Source: Candidatus Bathyarchaeota archaeon
GTDB taxonomy: Archaea > Thermoproteota > Bathyarchaeia > Bathyarchaeales > Bathycorpusculaceae
Direction of reading: 5' to 3'
Assembly: GCA_963832745.1 (NCBI GenBank)
Contig: CAWHVC010000003.1
Coordinates: forward strand, 608,001-672,000
DNA length: 64,000 nucleotides
Position numbers and translations under genes: made by a program. Shown here in pieces: positions 8,450-18,077 of the stretch; position 1 is the stretch's first letter; every line of letters begins with the position of its first letter. The notes under the pieces were generated by a model that saw only the letters and a list, made by a program, of their open reading frames with translations, was not told where the DNA came from and ran no database searches.

Positions 8450-9574
8450 ATGTCAACAAGACCAACAACCACAAGAACAGAACGGGGACAAGCAATAGCA
8501 AACGCTAGCAATCAAGTAACAAGAATAGACGAACTCCTTTACATCGTACAATCACAAAGCGGACACGGCGAATACGCAGTCAACAAAATAAACCATGAAT
8601 GGTACTGCGACTGCCCCGACAACAAACACCGAAAAGTGACATGCAAACACATCTACGCCGTATTATTCTCACAATCCATAAGAGCAGAGGTTAAAGCAAA
8701 AACAACAAGAACAATCGCCCCAATAGGCAACCTATCAACATGCATCTATTGCAGTTCAAGCAACCTAAAGAAAGACGGCATACGCAAAAACAAAACAGGC
8801 GCAATCCAAAAATTCTATTGCCGAGATTGCCATAAATACATGACTTTTAACATAGGCTTTGAACGAATGAAACATAATCCCCAAGCAATCACAACAGCCA
8901 TACAACTATACTTCTCAGGGGAATCGCTAAGAAACACAATGGAATCCTTAGAACTCTTAGGCGTTAAAGTTTCTCATAAGACAATTTTCATGTGGATAAA
9001 AAAATATGTTAAACTGATGAAAGACTACGCTGATAAATTAGTTCCCGATGTCTCAGACGCATGGAGAGCAGACGAAATACGCTTCAAGGTAAGAGGCAAC
9101 ATGAAATATCTTTTTGCCGTGATGGATGATGAAACACGCTTTTGGATTGCTCAAGAAGTAGCAGATACAAAACATAGCCATGACTGTTTTAACCTGTTTA
9201 AGCAAGCTAAAACCGTAATGGGCAAACAACCAAAGAAAATTATTACTGATGGGCTTTACTCGTTTGCGGCTGCTGCCGAGGTAGAACTTGATGATGCAAA
9301 ACACATACGCCACATTCGCTTAAGAGGAGATGTACACAACAATAAGATGGAACGCCTCAACGGTGAAATCCGTGATAGAGAAAAGACCATGCGAGGACTC
9401 AAAACAGTAAAAACCGACATATTCAACGGAATGCAAATCTATCATAACTTTATCCGACCACATGAAGCCTTAGAAGGCAAAACACCCGCCGACGCATGTG
9501 GCATAGAAATTCAGGGCAAAAATAAATGGATAACCCTAATACAGAATGCTACTCATGATAGACAATCGTGTTGA
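8450..9574 (+). CDS. DDE transposase (IS6-like) with N-terminal SWIM zinc finger and Zn ribbon
   Basis: CDCPD...CKH (SWIM), CIYC...CRDC, WRADE / IITDG / NNKMER catalytic motifs, YHNFIRPH..L.GKTPA tail. Confidence 0.9.
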   Translation: MSTRPTTTRTERGQAIANASNQVTRIDELLYIVQSQSGHGEYAVNKINHEWYCDCPDNKHRKVTCKHIYAVLFSQSIRAEVKAKTTRTIAPIGNLSTCIYCSSSNLKKDGIRKNKTGAIQKFYCRDCHKYMTFNIGFERMKHNPQAITTAIQLYFSGESLRNTMESLELLGVKVSHKTIFMWIKKYVKLMKDYADKLVPDVSDAWRADEIRFKVRGNMKYLFAVMDDETRFWIAQEVADTKHSHDCFNLFKQAKTVMGKQPKKIITDGLYSFAAAAEVELDDAKHIRHIRLRGDVHNNKMERLNGEIRDREKTMRGLKTVKTDIFNGMQIYHNFIRPHEALEGKTPADACGIEIQGKNKWITLIQNATHDRQSC

Positions 9575-10250
9575 CAATAGCAGTGTCTAAAGAGGGCACA
9601 CTATTTTCTAATTTTCCAATGCTTATACTTTTTACTCTTAATTCTCCGCAATATTTCATCTTTTTTTCTATGCCTTCAGCTATCAGTCGAATGTATATTT
9701 TTGAAATTAACTGATTAATAGAAATAGTAACAGATTTAGCGTTTTTAGGCATGATTATTATTCTTTCAAATATCTTGTTTTTTATGACGTTTTTCTCAGG
9801 GGCAATTTCATAAACGGAAAATTGTACTGCATGATTTGAGGGTTTACCTTTTGTGATAATGTTTCCAGTTTTTTCTAATTTCGTGACGTCTTCAATGTAA
9901 GTCAGTGATAGGTAGTAGGGAGAAATCCAGCTTGGGTCTTCACCTACGAATAATTTTGTTCTAGCTTTAGGTACTCCGTTTTCTATCCAAGGATAAATAG
10001 CATTATTGAATTTTGCGTATGCCTCGTTTAATTCTTTACCCTGCTCTATAGTGATGCCGAAACCCATTGTTTCTGAGTGTTTGGTTGGCGTATTAGACAA
10101 GATATATGGAGCCACAGAAACATTCATTTTTAGTCTGTTAAAATAAGCGTTCAGTCGTTCACCAACCACGATAACTGCAACTCCCCCAATAAAACCAAAA
10201 AAGCCTGCTATGATTTCGTTTGATGACATGATGCTTAGTTGCTTTCTCAT
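9549..10250 (-). CDS. Passenger membrane-anchored hypothetical protein
   Basis: N-terminal TM (IIAGFFGFIGGVAVIVVG); lies inside the right TIR; convergent overlap with the transposase. Confidence 0.7.
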   Translation of the reverse strand: MRKQLSIMSSNEIIAGFFGFIGGVAVIVVGERLNAYFNRLKMNVSVAPYILSNTPTKHSETMGFGITIEQGKELNEAYAKFNNAIYPWIENGVPKARTKLFVGEDPSWISPYYLSLTYIEDVTKLEKTGNIITKGKPSNHAVQFSVYEIAPEKNVIKNKIFERIIIMPKNAKSVTISINQLISKIYIRLIAEGIEKKMKYCGELRVKSISIGKLENSVPSLDTAIVNTIVYHE

Positions 10251-10377
10251 AATATTTAGATTTTACCAAATTAGTTCTAGCCGTGAATTTTAGGACAGCC
10301 AGCCCAACATACCCCCAAAACCTTTGAGCAGACGAAAAGTAACATGGAGAAGGTACAGACGAAGAGGTAACAGAACA

Positions 10378-10428
10378 CTGCATAGAACCACTATTTGGAT
10401 CCTAATAGGTTGATATGAAAAGTAAAGC
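10378..10428 (+). repeat. Dispersed repeat copy A, right part
   Basis: CTGCATAGAACCACTATTTGGATCCTAATAGGTTGATATGAAAAGTAAAGC. Confidence 0.85.
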
Positions 10429-10536
10429 TGTAGTTGGGCGATTGGGTGTTTTCTGCTTTTTTTGCTTTTCAGTTGGCGAAAGTGGTTTTGGGCGAACTCT
10501 TAAATCTAAACGCTGTCAGTGCTTCTTTGAGACATT

Positions 10537-11769
10537 ATGCGACTCTCAATCGTTGCTGTTGTTATCACTGTTACACTTGTTTTCAGTGTATCCTTTTCAG
10601 GGTTCTTTTTGCATTCAGTTATTGCCTCAACAGTAAAGACAGACGAACAGCCTCTAACAAAACCCATGCTGCTTTGGAATTATACCGTAGGCACCCCCAT
10701 TCTTTCTCCAGTGGTTTCTAACGGTGTAGTTTACGTTTGCTCAAACACCGAAGTTTTTGCTTTCAACACACGTAACGGTTTGCAACTTTGGAAATCGGTT
10801 GTCCCTCAGTCAATAGTGGCGCCGCCTGCTATGTTCAATGATGTTCTGTATGTGGGTGGCTGGAACTATGTTTTAGCCTTAAACGTCAAAACTGGTGAGC
10901 AACTCTGGGTTTTCTCGCATACTAAAGGAGCCATTGATTATACTGCCCCTGTAGTTACAGACAATATTGTATATTTTGGTGCTCAATCAGACGGTTTTAC
11001 AGCCTTAAACGCGAAAAACGGTGCCCGATTGTGGTATTATCTTAAAGATGAGCAAGTTGGCAACTCTTTGCCTGTTTATTCAGCCCCTGACATATACGGC
11101 GGTAAAGTTATTTTTAGCTGCTCTGACGGCAATGTTTACGCATTAAACGCTACTAATGGTGAAAAGCTTTGGAATTATACAGTTGGCAAATTCGCTATAG
11201 CCTCTCCTACCGTAAACGATGAAGTAGTGTACGTTGGCTCAAATGACGGTTTTTATGCTATAACTGCTGTTAACGGTGAGCAATTGTGGAACTTTACTGG
11301 TCAATTGGTTTCATCGAAGCCCAGCATTAAGGACGGCATTGTTTACTTTGATTGCTATGATGGAACTCTCTACGCTTTGAACGCCACAAATGGTCAAGTA
11401 GTCTGGATTTTTAACGTTGCTTCCTATTTGAATTCAGGTTTACTTTTTTCTTCATCTCCAACCATTGACGAAAGCACGCTTTATGTCGGCTCAGGAAATG
11501 GAACCATTTATGCATTGGATGCTAAAAATGGCAGTAAGCTTTGGAACTTTACGGTCAGTGACGCCGCTTTATCGTCGCCTACAAAAGCAAACGGCGTACT
11601 ATGCATAACCTCTCAGGATGGCAATATTTACGCTTTACAAGTTTCATCGGTCCCAGTATCGCCTACGCCATCTCCATTGCATATTTCATTTTCGAACCCA
11701 ACGACAATCATATCTATAGCTGCATTGTTAATTGTCGCAGTAGCTTTGATAATATTTCAAAAAAAATAA
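10537..11769 (+). CDS. PQQ-like (BamB-like) beta-propeller surface protein
   Basis: Signal peptide, repeated SSP.V..G.VY.GS.DG.LYALNA.NG..LW, C-terminal TM. Confidence 0.88.
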   Translation: MRLSIVAVVITVTLVFSVSFSGFFLHSVIASTVKTDEQPLTKPMLLWNYTVGTPILSPVVSNGVVYVCSNTEVFAFNTRNGLQLWKSVVPQSIVAPPAMFNDVLYVGGWNYVLALNVKTGEQLWVFSHTKGAIDYTAPVVTDNIVYFGAQSDGFTALNAKNGARLWYYLKDEQVGNSLPVYSAPDIYGGKVIFSCSDGNVYALNATNGEKLWNYTVGKFAIASPTVNDEVVYVGSNDGFYAITAVNGEQLWNFTGQLVSSKPSIKDGIVYFDCYDGTLYALNATNGQVVWIFNVASYLNSGLLFSSSPTIDESTLYVGSGNGTIYALDAKNGSKLWNFTVSDAALSSPTKANGVLCITSQDGNIYALQVSSVPVSPTPSPLHISFSNPTTIISIAALLIVAVALIIFQKK

Positions 11770-11958
11770 AGCATCTAATTAATTAAACAATCCAACAGGT
11801 TTACCAGCTCCCATATTTGCTAATTTTTTCGGCAGGGAGCATTTTATAGGAATTTTTAAATCTTAAACATAGCAGTGCTTACTTTTGTATGCTACATTCC
11901 TGTTACCTTTTTAAAATGGAAATAGCTGGTGTCAAGCACAATAAGAGGTAAGATAGAA

Positions 11959-13230
11959 ATGAAATGTTGCGTTTTTTGGCGTTTTCTTTTCGTGTTTATG
12001 CTACTGGTTATCTTTTTAACGGTTCCAGTTCATGCTACTGAGTTTTGGAGCACTGTCACGTTAGACAAAAGCACGCCAGATCTAAATGACTATTGTCCTA
12101 TTGTCTTGGACTCTAACGGTTATCCCCAAATAGCTTATACTAGTAACAGTTTTGGCGTAATGTATGCAAGCTGGAACGGTTCAGCTTGGAAAACAGAAAA
12201 AGTTGCAGGCGGCTTCGTATATGACCTTAAGTTGGATTCAAAAAATAATCCGCACATCTTGATTGATGGCGCAGACAATGGTTTGCTATATAGTAGTTGG
12301 ACTGACTCAAACTGGGTAACTCAAACTGTAGATAAAGAAAGCAGTTATTTTGGGCGATACAGTTCACTTGCCATAGATTCAGCAGGAAACCCGCATGTAG
12401 CCTACACTGACAACAGCAAAGTTGTGAAATATGCAAGTTGGACGGGGGCAAACTGGGATATCCAAGCTGTCGATACTTCTCAATCAGAATACTCGCCTAG
12501 GGTTTCTGTGGCTATTGATAAAGAAGGGACTGTATACATAATGTACGGTTCATTATCAGATGTTAAGCTTGCAGTTTTTAACGGTACAAATTGGGTAACA
12601 CAAACAATCGTTTCAAACATGGATGGTTTAGGCAACCTTGTTTTAGACTCCAAAGGTAGCCCTCATTTCATTTATACTCACGACTACGGGCAAAACGGAG
12701 ACTACAATAACGTGATATTGTATGTAAGTTGGGTTGAGCAAACATGGCACATACAACAGGTCATATCAAACGTTAGTGTTGGCGGCATAGGCACAAGAGG
12801 TGGCTTTTTCACGATGGGCTCTTTGTCATTAGATTCCAATGACATACCACACATTGCTTATGTCACTTCATCTCCTGATGGTGCATACAATTGGGGTTTT
12901 CTGGCGTATGCAAGCCAAACTGGGCGTGACTGGAAAATTCAACGAGTAAACTCAACTATTGTTGCCCAATCATGCAACTTAGCAGTTGATGTTAAAGGCA
13001 ATCCCCACATCAGCTTTGTGGGAGTTATCCACGGGTCAGATGAGGAGCACCTGATAGACGCCTATTCTTGGATTGCCCCCGTCATGTACGCCACAACCAC
13101 CGAATCTGTGTACTCTTCTAATTTGTCTCTTGAAATCGTGCTCGTGCTGGTGATTGTAACTTTAGTAACCGTTTTTCTGGTCCTTTTGGTATTAATAAAA
13201 AGAAGGACAGCCCTGAAGGTACCTGAATGA
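11959..13230 (+). CDS. Secreted, membrane-anchored beta-propeller-like repeat protein
   Basis: Signal peptide, repeated LDS.G.PHIAY...YASW.G..W..Q.V, C-terminal TM. GAGGT upstream of ATG 11959. Confidence 0.8.
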   Translation: MKCCVFWRFLFVFMLLVIFLTVPVHATEFWSTVTLDKSTPDLNDYCPIVLDSNGYPQIAYTSNSFGVMYASWNGSAWKTEKVAGGFVYDLKLDSKNNPHILIDGADNGLLYSSWTDSNWVTQTVDKESSYFGRYSSLAIDSAGNPHVAYTDNSKVVKYASWTGANWDIQAVDTSQSEYSPRVSVAIDKEGTVYIMYGSLSDVKLAVFNGTNWVTQTIVSNMDGLGNLVLDSKGSPHFIYTHDYGQNGDYNNVILYVSWVEQTWHIQQVISNVSVGGIGTRGGFFTMGSLSLDSNDIPHIAYVTSSPDGAYNWGFLAYASQTGRDWKIQRVNSTIVAQSCNLAVDVKGNPHISFVGVIHGSDEEHLIDAYSWIAPVMYATTTESVYSSNLSLEIVLVLVIVTLVTVFLVLLVLIKRRTALKVPE

Positions 13231-13274
13231 TTTTAGGCTCACAGCTCAGATAAAATCTTGAGAATAGCTTCCTT

Positions 13275-14132
13275 TTACCAGTTCATTTCTGCTTGGTAGA
13301 AGACTCTTCCTTGCCCATACTCGTAAGTAAACGCGTAAACCAATCCGTCAGCCCATCGTGCAATAACTGTTGCGTCACTATTCAAGTCAGCCAAGGCGTA
13401 GCACCCATAGGCGTCAATATGGTACACTGTTGTGCCGTTTTCAAGGTTTATTCCAAAGGGCTTGTCAACAACAAGGTTGGCGCTTCCGCCAGAGTTCGCG
13501 AATTGGCTGCTGCCAAACCAGTCGCTTAAGCCTGTGAGGTTTGTTCCCCCCGTGACGTATGGCCACATGTCTCTGCAGTACGTGGCGAAATAGCAGGGTG
13601 CGCCGCCAATGACAGCAACATTGCCACCGTTTGCCAAGTAATCTTTTACAAGTTGACTATGTTTAGGTTCCACAGCAAACCACGACTCAAAAATAACCAG
13701 GTCATACCCCTCAAGATTTTCAGGCACTTCGCCAGTACATGTTACATTAAAACCCAACTGCTCTAACAGGTTAACTGTAACATTCTTGATTTCTGACAGT
13801 TGACCTTCTCTCCACCATGGACCCCAAGTTGGGTCAGAAACATTATGAGCGCAAAAAGTGTCATACCAGTTGACGTAAAGTGCTCGACTGCCGTTGTTGG
13901 CTGCCCAAGTAATGCCTGCCGAAAACAGCGCCATTGATGGGTCTAAATCGGTTAACTGGAGAGTCGGCAAAGACGTAGGTGACGGCAGAATTGTTATGTT
14001 TGAGTTTACGTCTAAATCAGTCGGCGAGACATTCAGGGGCTCCTCTGGAGGGGAAGTCTGATTTAGTGCAGCATAAGCGCTTACAATTCCAGTGCTTGCC
14101 AGCAGCAAAGTTAAGATAACCAAAATTTTCAT
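13275..14132 (-). CDS. Secreted hypothetical protein, possible class I GATase-like (ThuA-like) fold
   Basis: Signal peptide MKILVILTLLL; L.GYDLVI...DYLANGG and YGQGRVFY patterns. Confidence 0.65.
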   Translation of the reverse strand: MKILVILTLLLASTGIVSAYAALNQTSPPEEPLNVSPTDLDVNSNITILPSPTSLPTLQLTDLDPSMALFSAGITWAANNGSRALYVNWYDTFCAHNVSDPTWGPWWREGQLSEIKNVTVNLLEQLGFNVTCTGEVPENLEGYDLVIFESWFAVEPKHSQLVKDYLANGGNVAVIGGAPCYFATYCRDMWPYVTGGTNLTGLSDWFGSSQFANSGGSANLVVDKPFGINLENGTTVYHIDAYGCYALADLNSDATVIARWADGLVYAFTYEYGQGRVFYQAEMNW

Positions 14133-14267
14133 GTGCGCTTCAATGTTTTTTGTGAACGCCAACTTTGTTATCTCCATTAAGAAAGGCGGGTTGTTTATGT
14201 ATAAAAGCTTGTCAGTCAAGATTTCTTGACTAAACAAACCTTTTCAGGTTTCAAAAATATTTGCAAA

Positions 14268-15035
14268 CTATACCATTGCTGAAGAGTCCCACAGGAACTG
14301 GAAGTATTCCCGGGCAAACCCAACTAGACCGATATGATTGCTCCAAATTACAAGGCTTGGTTTGTCTTCTCCCAGAAACAGCATGGCTTCCTTGCCGTCA
14401 ACAATTATGCCGCCGCCAAACATGTGGTCACGCAGACGGACCTCACTTATACCTCTGTATTTTTTAAGAAACGCCCAATCGTCACTGTTGCCTGCCGCCA
14501 TAAGTTGAATTTTAACGTTCTTTTTTAGGTTATTGAATAAGGGGTCAGCTAAACTGATTATGGGTTTGGCAAATTCGGGGGCTGCAACCACCATTTCTTT
14601 AGAAGTCATTTTAAGCATTTCATCAAGCTTAGCCAAAACCGCTTGCTGCCCTCGGAGAATTAGCATGTCAGGGCGTTCAACAATTTCCTGCTGCTCATAG
14701 AGCGGTTGAAGATTTTCGGCTATCATGTTCTCCCACATGGCGTATTTATCTTCAAGCCGAAGTTTAGTGAACCTCGCCGCTTCCAACGGTGGCACAGGGA
14801 AGTATTTGGTGGGTCGGCTTTCTCCACTTTTTATCCAGCCCTTCTCTTTTAGGGAGTTGAGAACTTCGTAGATTTTGCTGTAGGGTACTTTTGCTTTTTC
14901 ACTGATTTCCATTGCCGTCATTTCTCCGCCTTCAAGCAGCGCAGTATAAGCATCAATTTCATAGGCGTTTAGCCCCATCTCATGTAATGTATTACGCGTG
15001 TTCTCGTTAATTGTCAATGTTTTCCCCTCAATCAC
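14268..15035 (-). CDS. TrmB-family transcriptional regulator
   Basis: GLNAYE..AY..LL...EIS....VPYSKIYEVL.SL..KGW HTH plus C-terminal IIVDG domain. Confidence 0.92.
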   Translation of the reverse strand: MIEGKTLTINENTRNTLHEMGLNAYEIDAYTALLEGGEMTAMEISEKAKVPYSKIYEVLNSLKEKGWIKSGESRPTKYFPVPPLEAARFTKLRLEDKYAMWENMIAENLQPLYEQQEIVERPDMLILRGQQAVLAKLDEMLKMTSKEMVVAAPEFAKPIISLADPLFNNLKKNVKIQLMAAGNSDDWAFLKKYRGISEVRLRDHMFGGGIIVDGKEAMLFLGEDKPSLVIWSNHIGLVGFAREYFQFLWDSSAMV

Positions 15036-15123
15036 CTTAGGAAAGTTCTGGAAACCTTATTATTGTTACTTTGATTCTTAAGGACTTCGACAAAACAGCT
15101 TACACGTTAGAAGGCACTTTAAA

Positions 15124-16614
15124 ATGAAAGATATCAAAACTACAAGAAGCATTTGTCCTGAATGCCTCCAACAGTTAGATGCAACAATTTACGAAGACAA
15201 CGGAAAAGTCTTCATTAAAAAAACCTGCCCCGAACACGGGCCATTTAATGAACTTTACTGGTCAGACTACGACCAATATGTGCGTGCAGAAAAATTCCGT
15301 TTTGACGGCGAGGGTATCGATAATCCTAGAACCGAGAAAAAAGGCGGTTGCCCCCTTGACTGTGGAATCTGTCCCGAACACAAATCCCATACTGCACTTG
15401 CAATTATCGACGTAACTAACAGGTGCAACTTAACCTGTCCAGTCTGTTTTGCAAACGCTTCAGCTGCAGGTTATGTTTATGAGCCAACAAAAGAGCAAAT
15501 TTATGGCATGCTGGAGAATCTGCGTGCTAACAAGCCTGTTCCTGCTACTGCACTACAGTTTTCAGGTGGAGAACCCACAATCCGAAAAGAACTGCCTGAT
15601 TTTATACGCAAAGCCAAAGAACTCGGTTTTAGCCACGTAGAAGTTAACACTAACGGTCTTCGTCTTTCTCAAAGCGTGGATTATGCTAAAGAACTTAAAG
15701 CTGCAGGTGTAAGCACAATTTATCTACAGTTTGATGGTTTAACCTCAGACGTTTACAAGTTCATTCGTGGCGTTGACCTTCTTGACATTAAAATGAAGGC
15801 TCTTGAGAACCTTCGTAAGGCTGGTATTGACAGTGTTGTTCTCGTAGTTACCTTGGTAAAAGGGGTGAACGACGGTCAACTGGGTGACATCATTAATTTT
15901 GCCGTTAAAAACTTTGACATAATAAGATGCGTCAACGTTCAACCAGTAAGCCTCTGCGGTCGTTTACCTGCAAAAGAACGCGAAAACATGCGCATTACCA
16001 TTACTGACTTTATGAAGAACGTTGAAGAACAAACAAACGGTGCAGTTAAAGCTTCAGACTTTTACCCAGTGCCCACTGTTGCCCCAATCTCAAAAGCCGT
16101 AGGTGCCTTAAAGGACCGCAGATACGTCGAATTTACTGCTCATCCCCACTGCGGCATGGCAACATACTTGCTTGTTGAAGACGGTAAAATCACGCCCATC
16201 ACCAAACTGGCTAACGTTGATAAATTCGTTGCAACAATGAACAAAGTTTACGAGCTCGCATCAAAAGGCAACAAGAACGAAGCCAAACTGCACTTAGTGG
16301 CTGCAATGCGTCATGTTAAACTTGGGTTCATGCGCAAATACGTTCTAGGCGTAATAACGAAAGGTGACTACAAATCCTTAGGTGACCTTCAAAGAAAATC
16401 CCTTCTGCTAACTTCAATGCACTTTATGGATCCATACAATTTTGACCTTGAACGTGTTGAACGTTGCCTAATTCACTATGCTGTTCCAGACGGCCGCATC
16501 ATACCTTTCTGCACAATGAACTCTATTCACCGTCAAGCTGTAGAAAAGAAACTTGGCGTTCCAATCAAAGAATGGAAAGAGCAGCATAAGGTTGAAATAA
16601 CTCAGCCATTCTAG
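15124..16614 (+). CDS. tes: Tetraether lipid synthase (Tes / GDGT-MAS, MJ0619 family radical SAM)
   Basis: N-terminal CPEC...CPEHG, CPLDCGICPEH, CNLTCPVC, HPHCG, FMDPYNFD.ER..RC, IIPFC motifs. Confidence 0.88.
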   Translation: MKDIKTTRSICPECLQQLDATIYEDNGKVFIKKTCPEHGPFNELYWSDYDQYVRAEKFRFDGEGIDNPRTEKKGGCPLDCGICPEHKSHTALAIIDVTNRCNLTCPVCFANASAAGYVYEPTKEQIYGMLENLRANKPVPATALQFSGGEPTIRKELPDFIRKAKELGFSHVEVNTNGLRLSQSVDYAKELKAAGVSTIYLQFDGLTSDVYKFIRGVDLLDIKMKALENLRKAGIDSVVLVVTLVKGVNDGQLGDIINFAVKNFDIIRCVNVQPVSLCGRLPAKERENMRITITDFMKNVEEQTNGAVKASDFYPVPTVAPISKAVGALKDRRYVEFTAHPHCGMATYLLVEDGKITPITKLANVDKFVATMNKVYELASKGNKNEAKLHLVAAMRHVKLGFMRKYVLGVITKGDYKSLGDLQRKSLLLTSMHFMDPYNFDLERVERCLIHYAVPDGRIIPFCTMNSIHRQAVEKKLGVPIKEWKEQHKVEITQPF

Positions 16615-16637
16615 AAGTGGAGAAATACTCAAGTTAA

Positions 16638-16982
16638 TTGGTGAAAGTAATGGGCGGAAAAAAGAAGCTCGGCATTAAACAGATGGAAAAGCAGCAAGTG
16701 AAAACTGACGAAGACAAAGCTGCAAAAGACGCTAAAAAGAAAGAGAAAGCAGGACCTCCACGTGAAAAGAAGCAGTTAGCAATTTTGCCTCCAGACGTTA
16801 AAGACCAAAAAATTGTCTCTGAGGTTAAAAAGATGGGTGCCTTGACACCTTACGCTATTGCAACACGTTTTGGTGTACGTATTAGTGCAGCAAAAGACTT
16901 TCTTGAACAGCTTGAAGCAACTGGTCAAATCCAGCTTGTCTCGGGTAGTCACAACCTAAAAATATACAAAGCCGCAGCTTAA
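16638..16982 (+). CDS. rps25e: 30S ribosomal protein S25e
   Basis: MGGKKK, Lys-rich N-terminus, TPY.IA.RFGVRIS.AK..L..L. Start may be 16650. Confidence 0.85.
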   Translation: MVKVMGGKKKLGIKQMEKQQVKTDEDKAAKDAKKKEKAGPPREKKQLAILPPDVKDQKIVSEVKKMGALTPYAIATRFGVRISAAKDFLEQLEATGQIQLVSGSHNLKIYKAAA

Positions 16983-17046
16983 AAACTGCGAAACTTTCTT
17001 AAATCTTCTTAACCATCTTAATTACTGACCAGTTCAAGGTAATATT

Positions 17047-17526
17047 ATGAGTTTTCCACAAAAACTGTATACCACCAAAGAAGTTTGTGCCGCCAAAGAA
17101 TTAATCAACAGTGGCTACAAACATGAATTGTCTGTGGATGGCACTGAGGATTTTAAAGCAAAAGTAAACCAGGCATTAGAGCACCTAAAAACCGCTGGAT
17201 ACTATGACTTCTTTAGAACCTACATTAAAGAAATAACAGAAATCGACGGTATATCACAGTTAAGAGAAACAGAAGTCTCAATTTGGGCTAACCAGTACGC
17301 CGTAGATAATCCTGTGGATGCTGCCAGTTTGCTTGTTCAGAAAGCGTATAGCATGAAAGAGTATCTTGACGGTGAACTTTACTATGGAGGAAACGCAGAG
17401 AAACGCTCTGTAGTGAAACGTGTAGAGTTTTTGCAGGCGTTAAAAGAAAAAACTGCTGACTCCGCCGTTAAGGAAGAGTGTCAGCGACTACTTGACTTGT
17501 GGTCTGAAAGCTCATTGTCCTTCTAA
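17047..17526 (+). CDS. Hypothetical protein
   Basis: 159-aa ORF with normal composition. Confidence 0.65.
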   Translation: MSFPQKLYTTKEVCAAKELINSGYKHELSVDGTEDFKAKVNQALEHLKTAGYYDFFRTYIKEITEIDGISQLRETEVSIWANQYAVDNPVDAASLLVQKAYSMKEYLDGELYYGGNAEKRSVVKRVEFLQALKEKTADSAVKEECQRLLDLWSESSLSF

Positions 17527-17934
17527 GGACGAGCTTTCTGAGTTTACGTTACTTGGTAGTAACTCAATTTTTATTGCTGTTCCACTTTTTGCGGTTTTGA
17601 ACAGTTCAAGGTTTTTAGTGATTGTACCAAGGATGCTTACTGGACTGTAGGGTTGGGATTTGCCGTAAAACACGCATAAAGCGCTGCCCATAGGCCAAAA
17701 AGCGATGGTGCCGGTTTCTACAGTTGGTTTCGCTTTTTCCTCGCCCATTTTGATTGGGATTTCAAAGTAGATTTCTTCTTTGTAGAGGGCGATTCTGCTT
17801 ACAATGGGCAGTTTTCTTGTAATCATATCGATGGTCCTTGGTGCTTTGAACCTGACAAGTTCGCCTTCTGCTTCACCTAAACCTTCAAGGATAAATTTTA
17901 TTCTTATGCGAGAGATATCTTCTTCAGCACTCAA
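17512..17934 (-). CDS. Cyclophilin-like fold protein (TM1367/DUF369-like)
   Basis: EEIYFEIP...V.GTIAFWP.G.ALCVFYG.SQP.SPV.ILG. Confidence 0.8.
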   Translation of the reverse strand: MSAEEDISRIRIKFILEGLGEAEGELVRFKAPRTIDMITRKLPIVSRIALYKEEIYFEIPIKMGEEKAKPTVETGTIAFWPMGSALCVFYGKSQPYSPVSILGTITKNLELFKTAKSGTAIKIELLPSNVNSESSSLEGQ

Positions 17935-18077
17935 ATTTAACGCCTCAAGAGAAAATCATCCAACATTTTCTTGGAGAATAGTATAGTGATACTCGAGAAG
18001 AATATTTAACTCTTACAGTAAAAACAGCACTTCAATAACAAAAGAAACAAAAAGGTAAAAGGCAAGAAAAAAAGCCG

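Larger units (their letters stand above)
7313..10377 (+). mobile_element. IS6-like cargo-carrying transposon, 3,065 bp
   Basis: TIRs 7313-7335 / 10355-10377 (19/23, left one starts GGTTCTGT). Inner IRs 7357-7377 / 10324-10344 (19/21). 8-bp direct repeat CTGCATAG at 7305-7312 and 10378-10385. DDE transposase inside. Confidence 0.9.
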
